The notes under the pieces: model-generated
Seen by the model: the letters and a program-made list of their open reading frames with translations, nothing else
Told to the model about the DNA's origin: nothing
The model's database searches: none
Shown here: positions 17,817-30,299 of the stretch, in pieces
Position numbering within the stretch: position 1 is the first letter of the stretch
How the letters are laid out: each line of letters starts with the position of its first letter
Assembly: GCA_002269645.1 (NCBI GenBank)
Contig: NIVC01000841.1
Location: 124,001 to 188,000 of the forward strand
Direction of reading: 5' to 3'
Source: Macrostomum lignano
Lineage: Eukaryota
DNA length: 64,000 bases
Program-made: the position numbers and the translations under genes

Positions 17817-20800
17817 CGAACTAGAAGAAGAAGACTGCTGCTGCTGCTGCTGGCGCTGCATCTTTTGCAGCCGTTGACGTGTCTCCAGGCAGTTGCGTGC
17901 TCTGCGTGTACAGAGAAATGACTGGGATTTGTAAATTTTCAATTGTTAGGTAGAGACTAAGGTGTTCCAGAGTAGGGTGTTACAGGTGTTAGGAGTAGGT
18001 GTTAGACACTATGGTAAGAGACTATTTAAAAATAAAATAATTATTATTAGATGCTTAGAGATAGCTTTATATGCTGTTTATAAGTAGCTTTAGAATTTTT
18101 TAAAATGTTAATCTCTAAGCTGTTTAAGGGTGGGTTTAGAGACTGTTTATAAGTAAGATTAAAAGATGTTCATGAGTAGGTTAATAAGCTAAAAGTGTGT
18201 TTAGGTTCACAGATGCATATGAGTAGGTTTACAGGATGTTTATGAGTAGGTTTACAGGATGTTTGTGAGTAGGTTTACAGGTTGTTTATGAGTAGGTTTA
18301 CAGGATGTTTATGAGTAGGTTTACAGGATGATTATGAGTGGTTGTACAGTATGTTTATAAAAAGGTTTACATGATGTTTATGAGTTAGTTTACAGAATGT
18401 TTATGAGTAGGTTTACAGGATGTTTATAAGTCGGCTAACAGGATGTTTATAAGCAGGTTTACAGGGTGTTTAAAAACGGCTGCACAGGATGTTTATGAAC
18501 AGGTTTCCAGACTGTTTTTGGGTAGACTAATAGGTTAAGGGTGTGTTTATAGGCTGCTTTATGAGTAGGTTTAGAAGATGTTTATGAGTAGATTAGTTGG
18601 ATAATGGTGTGTTTATAGGCTGTTTATTATCGATAGGTTAGATGAGTATAAAACCTGTGTAAAAATCAGCTGTTTATGAATACGTTTACAAGACTGTTTA
18701 GAAGGCTTTTTATTTAAAAAAGAACCCACGAGTATAATGTACCAGAATGGTTGCAAAACTACACAAAATTACAACTTACTTAGCCTCCAAATCCTGACCG
18801 GTTCTCAGCAAATTCAACAGCCCTGCCAGAGCTGCTTCTGACTTAGACGTCTGCTCTCGCAGCGATGAACCTTTGGCGCATAACTGCGACAACTCGCTTG
18901 GAAACAGCTTTCTTCTATTAGTAGAAGACTTCTTAACAGTAGATTTCTCTTCGCCATCATCTTGCTCTTTGTTATCAGCTTCGAGTTCGTTTAAAATCGA
19001 TTGAGCCTCGGTTAAAAACAGCTGACGCTCGTACACAGCGGCTAGCCAGGGCCAAGCGTCCATAGCAACCGGCAGTCGACTAGCCGCTTCGGTTGCTAAG
19101 GAAGCTACAATGTCAAAATCCGGTTCCACGCTAGGATCGGCTTCGAAGTTCTGCATCAGAGCCTGGCAACGGGAGCGCCAACTGTCGACCTGAGTTCGAA
19201 GACCGGCAAAACCGGATTCCTCATGGTCCGATAGTCGACACGGCAGCCGGTCTAACCGGCGACACACGGCGACAAAGCTGGCCTCGTCGATTTTGTTGAC
19301 GCATCGGCCGACCCGGCCGCCGCATCTGGGAAACCGCAGCCGTTTGCGCAGCTGGCGAACTCGAACTGTTTCGCTAGGCGACCCCTCGTCGGAGTCTTCC
19401 TGCTCCGCTTCGATTGGTTCGTCTTCTTTTTTAATAGCAACAGTAGGCGACTCTTTCTCTTCGACAATTTCTTCTTCGGCAATGTCTTCTTTAACGAAAG
19501 AAGATGATGCGGTGGCAGCAACAGTGGAGGCTGCCGCGGCAGTCAGCAGGGCGCTGACAACTTGTTGGGCTCGCCGACAGGAACGCACCCGATTGCGTAA
19601 CCGAGCCAAAGGTGCGCAACTAACCGGGGACAGGTGCAATTCGGCAACCCCGCGCCAGGCTAGCAACTCAAGCTCGGATAGTTCCGGCTTATTATCATTG
19701 TCAGACTCTTCCGAATGCCCATTGTCCGGCTTCTTAGCTATGCTAGATTTCCTACTGATAGAATCTACCGTAGATCGCCACTCATTGTACTGATCGCGTA
19801 GGGAGATTAGTTGAATTCGAGATTGACTGAGCAAATCGTTTTGCGCAACTGCGGCTTCTGTTTGTTGTTGTTGTTGCTGTTGTTCATCAGAGCTCGACTT
19901 TAGCAGAGACTGTGGATTGATCATAGATTATACAGTATGAGCGCAGATGCGTTCACAATACTTTCTTGTGTCTAAAACAATATTATTTGAGTCTGTAGTA
20001 CAGCCTTAGAGAATATATCGGTTGAGTCTGAAGGATTAATTCTGTCCAGACAGGATTGGTTGTGTACAGAGATGAGTCATTGTGTTAAGAGAAGACTGGT
20101 TGTGTCCAGTATAATTGGTTGTGTCCAGAGATAATTAGTTGTGTCCAGAGATAATTAGTTGTGTCCAGAGAAGATTAGTTGTGTCCAGAGATAATTAGTT
20201 GTGTCCAGAGATAATTAGTTCTGTCCAAAGAAAATTAGTTGTGTCCAGAGATAATTAGTTGTGTCCAGATATAATTAGTTGTGTCCAGAGATAATTAGTT
20301 GTGTCCAGAGAAAATTAGTTGTGTCCAGATATAATTAGTTGTGTCCAGAGATAATTAGTTGTGTTTAGAGATAATTAGTTGTGTCCAGATATAATTAGTT
20401 GTGTCCAGAGAAGATTAGTTGTGTCCAGAGATAATTAGTTGTGTCCAGATATAATTAGTTGTGTCCAGAGATAATTAGTTGTGTCCAGATATAATTAGTT
20501 GTGTCCAGAGAAGATTAGTTGTGTCCAGAGATAATTAGTTCTGTCCAAAGAAAATTAGTTGTGTCCAGAGAAAATTAGTTGTGTCCAGAGATAATTAGTT
20601 GTGTCCAGAGATAATTAGTTGTGTCCAGAGATAATTAGTTGTGTCCAGAGATAATTAGTTGTGTCCAGAGATAATTAGTTGTGTCCAGAGATAATTAGTT
20701 GTGTCCAGAGATAATTAGTTGTGTCCAGAGATAATTAGTTGTGTCCAGAGATAATTAGTTGTGTCCAGAGAAGATTAGTTGTGTCCAGAGATAATTAGTT

Positions 20801-22935
20801 ATGTCCAGATATAATTAGCTGTGTCCAGATATAATTAATTGTGTCCAGATATAATTAGTTGTGTCCAGAGATAATTAGTTGTGTCCAGAGATAATTAGTT
20901 GTGTCCGGAGATAATTAGTTGTGTCCAGATATAATTAGTTGTGTCCAGAGATAATTAGTTGTGTCCATATATAATTAGTTGTGTCCAGAGATAATTAGTT
21001 GTGTCCAGAGATAATTAGTTGTGTCCAGAGATAATTAATTGTGTCCAGAGAAGATTAGTTGTGTCCAAAGAAAATTAGTTGTGTCCAAAGAAAATTAGTT
21101 GTGTCCAGAGATAATTAGTTGTGTCCAGAGAAGATTAGTTGTGTCCAGAGATAATTAGTTGTGTCCAGAGATAATTAGTTGTGTCCAGATATAATTAGTT
21201 GTGTCCAGAGAAGATTAGTTGTGTCCAGAGATAATTAGTTGTGTCCAGAGATAATTAATTGTGTCCAGAGAAGCTTGGTTGTGTCGAAAAAAAAGATCGG
21301 TTGTATCCAGATAAGAATAGTTGTGTCCAGAGAACAGTTGTCGATAAAATAAAGCGCCTGTAACTTGAAAATGAAACACCCCCAACCCAACCCTAATCTC
21401 TCACCTCAATCTCATTGAGTAGCAACTCAGCTAGATCAGCAGACAGCAACAGTCGTGTCTGTTGCTGCTGTCTCGATGCATTATTAACTTCAACAGTAGC
21501 TAAAGACTCCTCAACCACAGCTTGAGCTGCTTCTAGCACAGCCCTACGCCGAACTTCTTGAGGCATGCCAGCAGTCAGAGCTCCCGGCAGCCAGTTGAAT
21601 GGACAAAACCGAGCCAATTCTAAAAAATTAACGCCGCAGTCAAGCCAAGCATACCTGGCGCCAGGCATCAGCACAACAAACTCGCCAGGTCTTTGTTCTA
21701 GACGCCATCCAACATTTCCATTGTCATTGGAAGCCAGACAATACCAAATCCTGGCCTCACCCCAGTGCAGGTAGGACACTGAGCCTGACCAGTCACACTG
21801 CCAGGCACCGGCTCCATTGCCAGTTGAAGACAAAAATCTTGAACCGATTTGACAGCGCCACCAGTCATTTGGCGACTCAGTGCTTGCAATATTGATAACG
21901 CCTGAACAGTCAGATAAACTGTTGGCTAGTTCCCAGCCGTCTTCTTCTACTAGAGGCAATTGCTTGCCGTACTCAACTGTTGAAGATGAAGACGCTAAAA
22001 ATGAGGAACACCAATATGCTTTTTCACTCAGTTTTTCTATTTACATAGTATTCATGTTTTAAGAATGAATACTGCACCATTCCTTCAGATCCTTCAGGTG
22101 AGCTAGTGCACCTTCCCATTCCTTCCCGATCCTTCATGTGAGCTAGTGCACCTTCCCATTCCTTCAAGATCCTTCAGGTGAGCTAGTGCACCTTCCCATT
22201 CCTTCCAGATCCTTCAGGTGAGCTAGTGCACCTTCCCATTCCTTCCAGATCCTTCAGGTGAGCTAGTGCACCTTCCCATTCCTTCCAGATCCTTCAGGTG
22301 AGCTAGTGCACCTTCCCATTCCTTCCAGATCCTTCAGGTGAGCTAGTGCACCTTCCCATTCCTTCAGGTGAGCTAGTGCACCTTCCCATTCCTTCAAGAT
22401 CCTTCAGGTGAGCTAGTGCACCTTCCTTCCAAATCCTTCAGATGGGCTAGTGCAATATTATTCCATAATGACACACTAGAGTCCTATTCGCTTCAGATGT
22501 AGTAAACTTACCCGACTCAAAGTGGCTCCAGAACTCAGCCTCAACAGCTGCAGGTGTCATGGAAAACTGCCCACACTCAGTTGCCTCATTGCGGGCAACA
22601 AACTCAGCCAGATGGCATTCTGCAGCCAGGCCCAGTAAATCATTACCACCAATTCTTTGCCTAGTAGGACAAAAGTTAAACAAATCAATGTCCAAACAGA
22701 ATGGCAGCAGACATCCGCTGAAGTTGGGTTCAACCTCACTATTCTCAAAATTAGAGGATGCTACTGATTTTTGTTCAGGTGGACACAGCTTGCATATCAG
22801 ACAACCAGTACCCAAGGCAGACAGTTTCTGTTTAACAATTTCAGTTACATAACCAGCCAGGTCATCCAACTCATCTGGTGTGGCAATGAAAACTGGACCC
22901 AAATTCAGCTTTGATAAGCGAGTAGAGAAACTCAT
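12244..22935 (-). CDS. KDM5: KDM5 (JARID1/lid)-family protein, divergent: JmjN, degenerate JmjC, PLU-1, PHD2, PHD3; about 1635 aa. Exons 22512-22935, 21405-21994, 18780-19909, 17445-17901, 16162-16436, 14190-15711, 13231-13437, 12244-12546
   Basis: JmjN-like [13 protein letters not shown]...ICKLCPP; AVEAEFW; TVEYG; [14 protein letters not shown]; [11 protein letters not shown]...FCPFNWLP; YNEW; [15 protein letters not shown]; PHD2 [24 protein letters not shown] followed by [11 protein letters not shown]; PHD3 [29 protein letters not shown]. The 8 exons sum to 4908 nt (divisible by 3) and all introns are GT-AG with consistent phase. Confidence 0.9.
12660..13140. repeat. 20-bp minisatellite (gagattttgaggatgtaggt)n
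   Basis: Direct read, last KDM5 intron. Confidence 0.9.
13470..14085. repeat. 15-bp minisatellite (gggattagtagctta)n
   Basis: Direct read; fills the KDM5 intron between 13437 and 14190. Confidence 0.9.
15745..16080. repeat. About 22-bp minisatellite (atatcataaatcgatactga)n
   Basis: Direct read, KDM5 intron. Confidence 0.85.
16483..17420. repeat. Two related adjacent minisatellites: (ggctggcccagcaactgaggatctggga)n, then (tctacaagagttcccagcctagcaaccaagga)n
   Basis: Direct read; both share the tagcaactgaggatct core; fills KDM5 intron 16437-17444. Confidence 0.9.
18165..18700. repeat. About 22-bp minisatellite (gtttatgagtaggtttacaggat)n
   Basis: Direct read, KDM5 intron. Confidence 0.85.
20095..21335. 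repeat. 20-bp minisatellite (gtgtccagagataattagtt)n, about 60 units
   Basis: Direct read, KDM5 intron 19910-21404. Confidence 0.95.
22070..22448. repeat. About 39-bp minisatellite (ccttcaggtgagctagtgcaccttcccattccttccagat)n
   Basis: About 9 units in KDM5 intron 21995-22511. Confidence 0.9.
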
Positions 22936-23681
22936 GCTAATAGAGTAATCTGAAATTGATTTCAAAGATAATTTTGGCTTATTTTTATCTATTAAAGTCT
23001 AGAAATCTTCCTAAAATACTTTTCTATAACTTGTTTGCATAATATTATTCATTTTATTACAAATTATAAAAGGCCATTGGGAGTTTTTCTGAATAAGTAA
23101 CCATATATCAAAAGGTATTATAAAAACAGTTTTGACATTTTATAGATTACTATATCATCTTATAATAAAAAATAATTTCTAAAACCAGTAACTGAACTAA
23201 AAAATCATTGTTTTATCTTATTACATTTTTGATCATTTTTTGTTTCTTTAATAGTCTTTTTTTAGTTATTTCACTTGCCTTAATAAAAGCATTTAAAAAT
23301 TTTTTGAGGAAAAGCAAATAATATTATATGCAAAAAAGCATAAAAAGCTGAACAAAATTCAGTATCCCTAGGCATTTGGTGACCATTGCCTATTGGAATA
23401 AATTCTAAAAATGTGCAGACACATTAAGGGTCCAGCAAACATGTGCCAAGGGGTCACTTTCCAAGGTACATATATGGGTTGCATCAAAGGGTTACCAAGT
23501 GTGCGCCAAGGGCCTAGGAGTCATTGAAACAATAAAGGACCCTTCTTTTTTGGTACTCTGTATTGCTCTAGCAATGGTAGCACACCAACAAAATAGCACT
23601 GCTATGTGGAGCATATAAGTGTTGCACTGCACTAGATCATACCATACTGCACTCTACCAAATGCTGCCTCATAGAAATGTA

Positions 23682-24866
23682 TGAGGGGTGTTCTATAAGT
23701 ACTTACTAGTATACTTTTGCATGCTGCTAATGAACTACTCAACCAATCATCACAGTCTTGGTGTTGATAGAAAGTGGCTTTATCATTCTATCATTTGATG
23801 CAAGAACCATCTTTTTTAGTCAACTTGTTCAAAAGTTACAATACAATATGTAGTCAAGGGTCACCCTCAGACTTATAAGAAAATTTTTAGAGCTATAAAT
23901 CAGTTTTTAGCATTCTGGTTTATTTAAAATATTGCCCAAAATTTTATTCTTTGCTTCACAACACCCATCATAGTGCATCAGATAATATTTTTCTATGGAA
24001 AATACTGGCATCAGCTTAGCTGAGAACTTTGTTTCTTCATACTGGCTTTTTGCAATCTTGAGCAACATTCCCAGCCTTGTTTGTTGTTCCACCATGGATG
24101 TGCACTCAAAAGGACAACGTGCTGCAATTTTCACTCTTTGGATACTTAGAAAAAAGCAGTCAGAGATATATGCTGATTTGTACAATATTCATGGTGCTAG
24201 TGCGGTAAGCAAGACATCAAGACATCCAAAACAAGCCCCAGGCAGAACCAAAACCTTTTATTCTCCATCACGACAATGCAAAACCTCATATGGCACAAAG
24301 GACAATGGAGGCAATCAGCAAGCTGAAATTTAAGGTTCTGCCACATCCTCTTTACTCACTAGACCTGGCTCTAGCGGACTTTGCTTTGTTCCCAGAGCTG
24401 AAGCGCCACCTAAAAGGTCATGTATATGACCACAAGCATCAGATCAAGGAGGAAGTTCACCGCATTCTGCTACATGTTATCCCCCAATAGCTGTACACAG
24501 AAGCCATTGACAACATGCTTGCCTGATGGACCAAGTGCATCAACTCAGCTGGCAACTATATTGAGAAGGCCTCTGTACCCACTGAGAACAAGTGACCAAG
24601 AAACCAGTGTTCATGTCATTCACCATGTGTTTCGGTTTTCATTGTTTACTATTGGCATTCGTGGCTTTGAATTTCTTGTAAGTCTGAGAGTGACCCTTGA
24701 CTACATATTGTGTTGTAACTTTTGAACAAGTAGACTAAATAAGGTGGTTCTTGCGTCAAATGATAGAATTATAAAGCCACTTTCCATCAACACCAATACT
24801 GTGATGATCGGTTGAGTAGTTTATTAGCAGCATGCAAAAGTGTAAGTACTTAGGGAACACCCCTTG
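23682..24866 (+). mobile_element. Internally deleted, decayed mariner transposon with ~200-bp TIRs and TA TSD
   Basis: TA|TGAGGGGTGTTC...GAACACCCCTTG|TA; arms 23682-23890 and 24665-24866 are reverse complements. Interior has an N-terminal HTH remnant (QRAAIFTL..SEIYADLYNIHG) and C-terminal catalytic motifs HDNAKPH and LPHPLYSLDLALADFALF (canonical HDNARPH and HPPYSPDLAPSD). Confidence 0.85.
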
Positions 24867-26876
24867 TACCCCACCATGGTCATTTAGCAACTTTTTTTAA
24901 ATAGAGTAGCCATTGAGGCATAATTTTTTTCCTAAAAGTGGATTATCTATAGCTTTTGCAATCTTTTTTCTAAAGAAGGTTCACAGGACAATAGATATTT
25001 GATTACAAAGTTCAAAAACTGCAAAGCAGCTATGATTATCATAGTTAAACAAGTTGAATAAAAAAGTTCCAAATAAGCAAGTTATTCCATTTTTGTTCTT
25101 AAAGTAAATATACATGTTATCTTTTAGAAAAAAAACCACTCTAGACAATCAGGCAACTTAAACTAACAGAAATTCAAAATCAATTTGTTCATCCATATAC
25201 ATGCATGTTTCTATGCCTACAACATACCTATTAAACTGTGTCTTGCTTCCAAATACAATTATAGTTCAAAAACTTTTGTCTATGAACTAAAACTTAGACT
25301 TATTATTTTAAGACCAAAAAACATACTATCTTTCTTTGTATCACAATTTAGCATTATATTCTAAACCCTATAACTATTACACTTATGGATATTGACCCCA
25401 AGGAGTGCTCCTTGAGGCTCCAAGGAGCTTATTGGGGAATATTCCCTAGGGAATTGGACTGGGAACCCTAGGGAGAAAAAAATATTTAAAAATGCATTTG
25501 TAACTTAATGTTTGCAATTTAAATAAGAAAATGATTCACAGAAAGTTGACTGAAACTCTGTCTATGCTCTTTTATTGCATAACTGCTTATTTCAATGTAT
25601 TATTTCAAACACATTTAAATGTTTTTTTCACTAGGAGTCTTTCAACCAAGCAAATTGCATATAGAAACCCATAAAGAAAAAGAAGCCTTTAACTGACTAC
25701 TGTGTTGGTCTGCATTGATGGCTTGACACATTTGATGCAGGTGCAGCACTGCATTAGTCACCGATGCATAAAGGGGTGTCATACAATAACAAAATACTCC
25801 CTATTAGACAAGGACAAAATGGTGATTTGTCTGGAAGAAATAAAAATTCCAAATATAAACAGTCTTATTCATTAATTATCCTATCACAAGTGTGGCTGCT
25901 AAGCATGCATTTTCTATGAATTCTATTCTAGATGATGGCAAATATTCCATTGGATTCAATAGGACTTGAATTCTATGAGGGACTCCATTAGATCTATCTA
26001 ATAAACCACAAATGTATTATTGGGTAGTTCTAGTTAAGGACAGTTGTAACATTAGAAACTATAAAGTCTAATAATTAAAGAGAGACAGAAAGCCTGCACT
26101 AGAAAATGGCACATAATAAATAAAGTTGTCAATGTAATGTTTATTTAGAAAAAAAGCTGTTTCATTGCTCCATTTTTAAACTGTAGCTTAATTACTTACA
26201 ATCCTGGTCATAACTATAGAAAAGTAGTAGGTAATATTTTGAAAAGTTTTCCTTATATATTTTACTAAATATCTACAATGTGTATCAACTAAAAGGCTCA
26301 TATAATTGTAGAAAACAATCAATTAAATTGTTTCAGAGAAACAGATCACAGCTTTTTAGTTTATGGCTATTGCGATTTGATTTTAATGATATCCCAGTCA
26401 TAATGGATGAAACCTATTAGAAACAACCCTAATTATTAGAGCTCTAGATATTGCCACATCAGTTTTAAAGGCTTCTATAGAAAGCTACATATCTATATCT
26501 GATAATTGAAATACATTTAGAAGTCTAGTAATCATATTAGATATATAGAATACTTATAAAGCTGTGAAGCTCTTAATTTTTTTAAATAAAATGGTAAATA
26601 GTAGCTCACTATTGAACATATATGTTAGGCCTAACAGTTGAAAAAAACAACCATCAAAGCAATATACATTAGTCATTTGATAAATGTAGCAAACCTAAAC
26701 ATGTTTTTAGCAATTTCAATTGGTCTAATACCTAAATAATGCCTTTTTATTTTTTATACTGGTCAGTGACCATCTTTTGTGGATTTATCCTATTACAACT
26801 AATCAGCAGGGCATGCCTAGCTAGCCAATGTTAGCCTGGTCAATCAAATTGCAAGTGCAGAAGATATTAGAAGATA

Positions 26877-28094
26877 CTTTTTAAGGCCCAACCCTGGCTA
26901 GGCCAGATTTTTCAATTAAAAATTTCTAAAGATAAACAAAAAAGTGACTTAAAATTGGGAGGTATTTTTGTTGATGGGCATTGAGGAAATTCTTAGAGTT
27001 CTAAAATAGTATTAAACACATTCAAGTTATGTTTAAGGCTTTAAAATTAGTCACATATTTTTTAATTTTTGGCATGAAGACTGTGGCTAGGCCAAGCCGG
27101 GGTAGCCATTTGTCATCCATTGTTCATCTAAGCTCAACCACACCAAGCCTCACAAAACTAGTGAGGCAGTGTAGTATATATGCAAACAATATATTTCTTA
27201 GAAAATACGGTATTTGAATTTGCCAAATAATAATAACTTTGTTTAAATGTTGTATGCGCCAATAATATTCAACAAAATTAAAGTTTGTTTTAAATATATA
27301 GACAAATTATTATAAATAGAAGCCCCAAAGCAGGCCAAGAAGGCATCTTCTCTAACGGTCATTTGACTTCAAGCAAATTTAATAAGCAATTGTTCAAAAA
27401 AGACTTATTCAATTTCTAGAGTATTAAGCCCCTTATTTGGAGTATTAGAAACCGCTAAGAGCAAGAATCGCCTTAGGGCAAGAAATCACTATAAAGTAGT
27501 AAGATCACCTTAGGGCACGAAAATTGCCTCAGGGTAGGAAAATCGCAAGGCTATAACCCTCTGATCCAGGGACCGCCCAGGATAGAGACAACCCATAGGA
27601 GTAGACAATGCCATTAGACTGCTCAGGCCAAAGAATACAATACATTTACAGACACTACCAATAAGATAAGTAGACGCTACCAGTAGAAGTAGATAGAAAA
27701 GCAGATACGCTAGGCCCAATAATAAGAGTACAAGTTTATATACAAATGTACATTAATTAAATAGGACAACCAGTGGCTAACCAATGAGATTATTTATAAG
27801 GACAGAAGAAAGCCCTACATCAACTTTGGTGGCAAAAGTAAGATTTTTAGAGAGAGCTAAAAGGCCTGTTACAACTTTGGTGGCAGCAGTAGGATTTAGT
27901 ATTGTATAAGAACATTGCTAGAATATTAGTTGCAGCCCATTTATATTATAATTATTATTAGTACAGACTTGCATTTTATATTTCCTCTGTTTATACTTTT
28001 CAGTTTATAACTTGCATGCTATTTCTTTTTTGTTCATCTTTTAGAAATTTTAAATCAAAAAATCTGGACCAATTAGGATTGGGCCTTAAAAAAG
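26877..28094. mobile_element. Non-autonomous TIR element, about 1.2 kb, ~70-bp imperfect TIRs, TA-flanked
   Basis: TA|cttttttaaggccccaaccctggctaggccagatttttcaattaaaaatttctaaagataaacaaaaaag matches the reverse complement of 28022-28094 followed by TA. No recognisable transposase. Confidence 0.6.
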
Positions 28095-28959
28095 TAATAT
28101 CCAAAAATACTGCCATTTTCCAAATGTGCTATTGATTTTTCAGTTGCTAAATTATTTCAATTATTATTTTTAGTTCCTAAAAATGCATTTATATGAATAT
28201 ATTCAAATGTAATACTAATACTATAGTATAGATAGGCCTAGATATATTTCACTTAAGAGCAATTGAGCAAAATGTCATTCTTTACTTTTTTAATTATGCT
28301 ATTTAGAAGTTTAGAGGCTGTATATCTAAATCTTTTAATTCTTGTATTGTTGAATAATTTTAATGTAATCATACTCAATTTGTATTTACACTATAACCCC
28401 TCATTCCCCCAAAGCCAAAGGCCTTATTTATACTTTATACTTTATATATACTATTTATATTTGTATTCTGTTTCAATTTTCTATACTTTTTATTGTGTAT
28501 ACTAATTTTTATATAATTTTGCATAATTTTTATAATTAGGCCTAAGTTTGTTTCATTACTCAATATTCACTAATATATAGGCCTAATAAATCGTCATATG
28601 GCTCATAAAAGTTTATGCTCTGATTTGGCACTCTTGACTGAAAATTCAAATGAGGCTCCTCAACAAATTCATTTCATTACATAATCAATATTTAATATAA
28701 TTTGTCCCGGCCATTCATGCCCACCCACAGGCATAGGGCACAGGCTTTGCCTTGCAATGCCAATGGTATACCATGGTAACAATGATAGGCCTAATATGAT
28801 TGATTATGACTGTAGGTTCTAAGAAAGGTTTTTGACTTCATTGTTGTAAATAGCTAGGGCAAACCAAGATTTTGAGCAATTTATGAAATAACATTCAAAT
28901 TAGCAAAGTGTCTGCAGAGTGCTGAGTCTTTTCATGCATTTTTCAAAAACTTTAAAAAA

Positions 28960-29200
28960 CGGAATAAACGAAAAGCTATAAACAACACAACGTTACCTGT
29001 GGATTCTAAGAGAGGAGACTAGAGCAACTTTCACTGGCCTACTACCTACTACTGCACTGCACTGGCAAAAGTGGCAATAACGAAGGCTTGCCGCCGTTGC
29101 CGGTTGTATTACTATGACCGTGCGGAGCGTGAGCGTGAGGTCTAATTTGTTTCTTATAAATCATCGCTTATTTTTGGTTTAAATATTGTGCAGTTTAAGC
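28960..29200 (-). promoter_or_regulatory. Putative promoter and non-coding first exon of the KDM5-like gene (donor at 28996)
   Basis: CpG-rich patch ending a ~6-kb CpG-poor tract; CAG|GTAACG donor on the minus strand; matching tttcag acceptor at 22950-22951, 14 nt upstream of the KDM5 ATG. Confidence 0.35.
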
Positions 29201-29586
29201 AAATGTAAATGCTAGAATAAATGTTTCTACTGAGCCACTTAGGTATAGCATCTTTAAAAAATTGCTTTAGCTATAACATATTACAATTCCTGGCTCGGTT
29301 TCTGAAACCTTTTTTAAATATTAGGGTTTGTCAATAACACGCATAGATCCTTAGGGTGTCATTGCTCCTTAGATGGCTTTTCTGTGCAATAGAATCTAAA
29401 GTAAATTTTAAGAGCTAGGATGCTCCTTAAGGGCGTAGGAGACTCTTTTGGTGTATTTATAGGAGACCTCATTAAAGTTTTGTCGCGTGCTATAATAATG
29501 CAGTAGAATAAGATCAAGTGGGGATCTACGAGCTAGGAGCTAGGAGTTGCCGTTTAGAAGTAAATTTTAAGTGCACGTATCCTATA

Positions 29587-29885
29587 CAAGGACTACTCCA
29601 GTAACATTATATAGGACGCTACACTCGAAATCTATGGTAAATGTTTTGAAGGCTACTTTTCGCCGAAAAATACACTACAGAGATAGGAGGTTTTAATTTT
29701 TTCAGCACAAAAAATGTTATTGCTTTTGATAGGAGGCAGATCCAGTGTTAATCTTTTGATATGTTGTGCCTTTCTTATTGCTCTATCGATATTCATAAAG
29801 CTTTTTGTTCAGAAATAGTTTTTAAGGCAGGTTTCACTGGAAAAATACACTGCGGAGATAGGAAATTTCACGATTTTCAACACTA
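29587..29885. repeat. Single arm of the foldback element at 31430-32096
   Basis: Shares caaggactact, ttttcgccgaaaaatacacta, gataggaggcag and gatattcataaagctttttgttc with that element. Confidence 0.7.
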
Positions 29886-30299
29886 AAACAGTGATTGGGG
29901 GTGGGTCTCTAAACAGTGTCAGAGAAAGTTCTAATCCCACTATTTTGTGCCTCACATGCTGCTCTAACGACGCATTAATCGATTTTTCATTTAGGTGCAC
30001 GTTCATTAAATTCGTCTGTCACTTGAAAAAACGTTCAAAATAATGACAAGACCGGACAGAGACCTATGCATGTATAGGCTCGGACAACGAGGGAGACAAT
30101 GATAGGTGATGCACACGGAGTCTCAAAAGTACCATAAAAGTCGTAAGTGCCGTGAATGAGACTATGTATTTTGAAGTTGGTTGACTTCCAACATGAGTTT
30201 GAAGCCGTTGTTAATTGGATAGTTTTATAGCATATAGCAGCTATCACCTTTACACACTCTTTAGAACTCCTTCCTCACTCCTACGCTGCACTCCTTGGA

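Noticed and set aside
27510-27719. 69-aa hydrophobic ORF inside the 26877-28094 TIR element
   Set aside because: No ATG start in context and no recognisable motif; probably chance.
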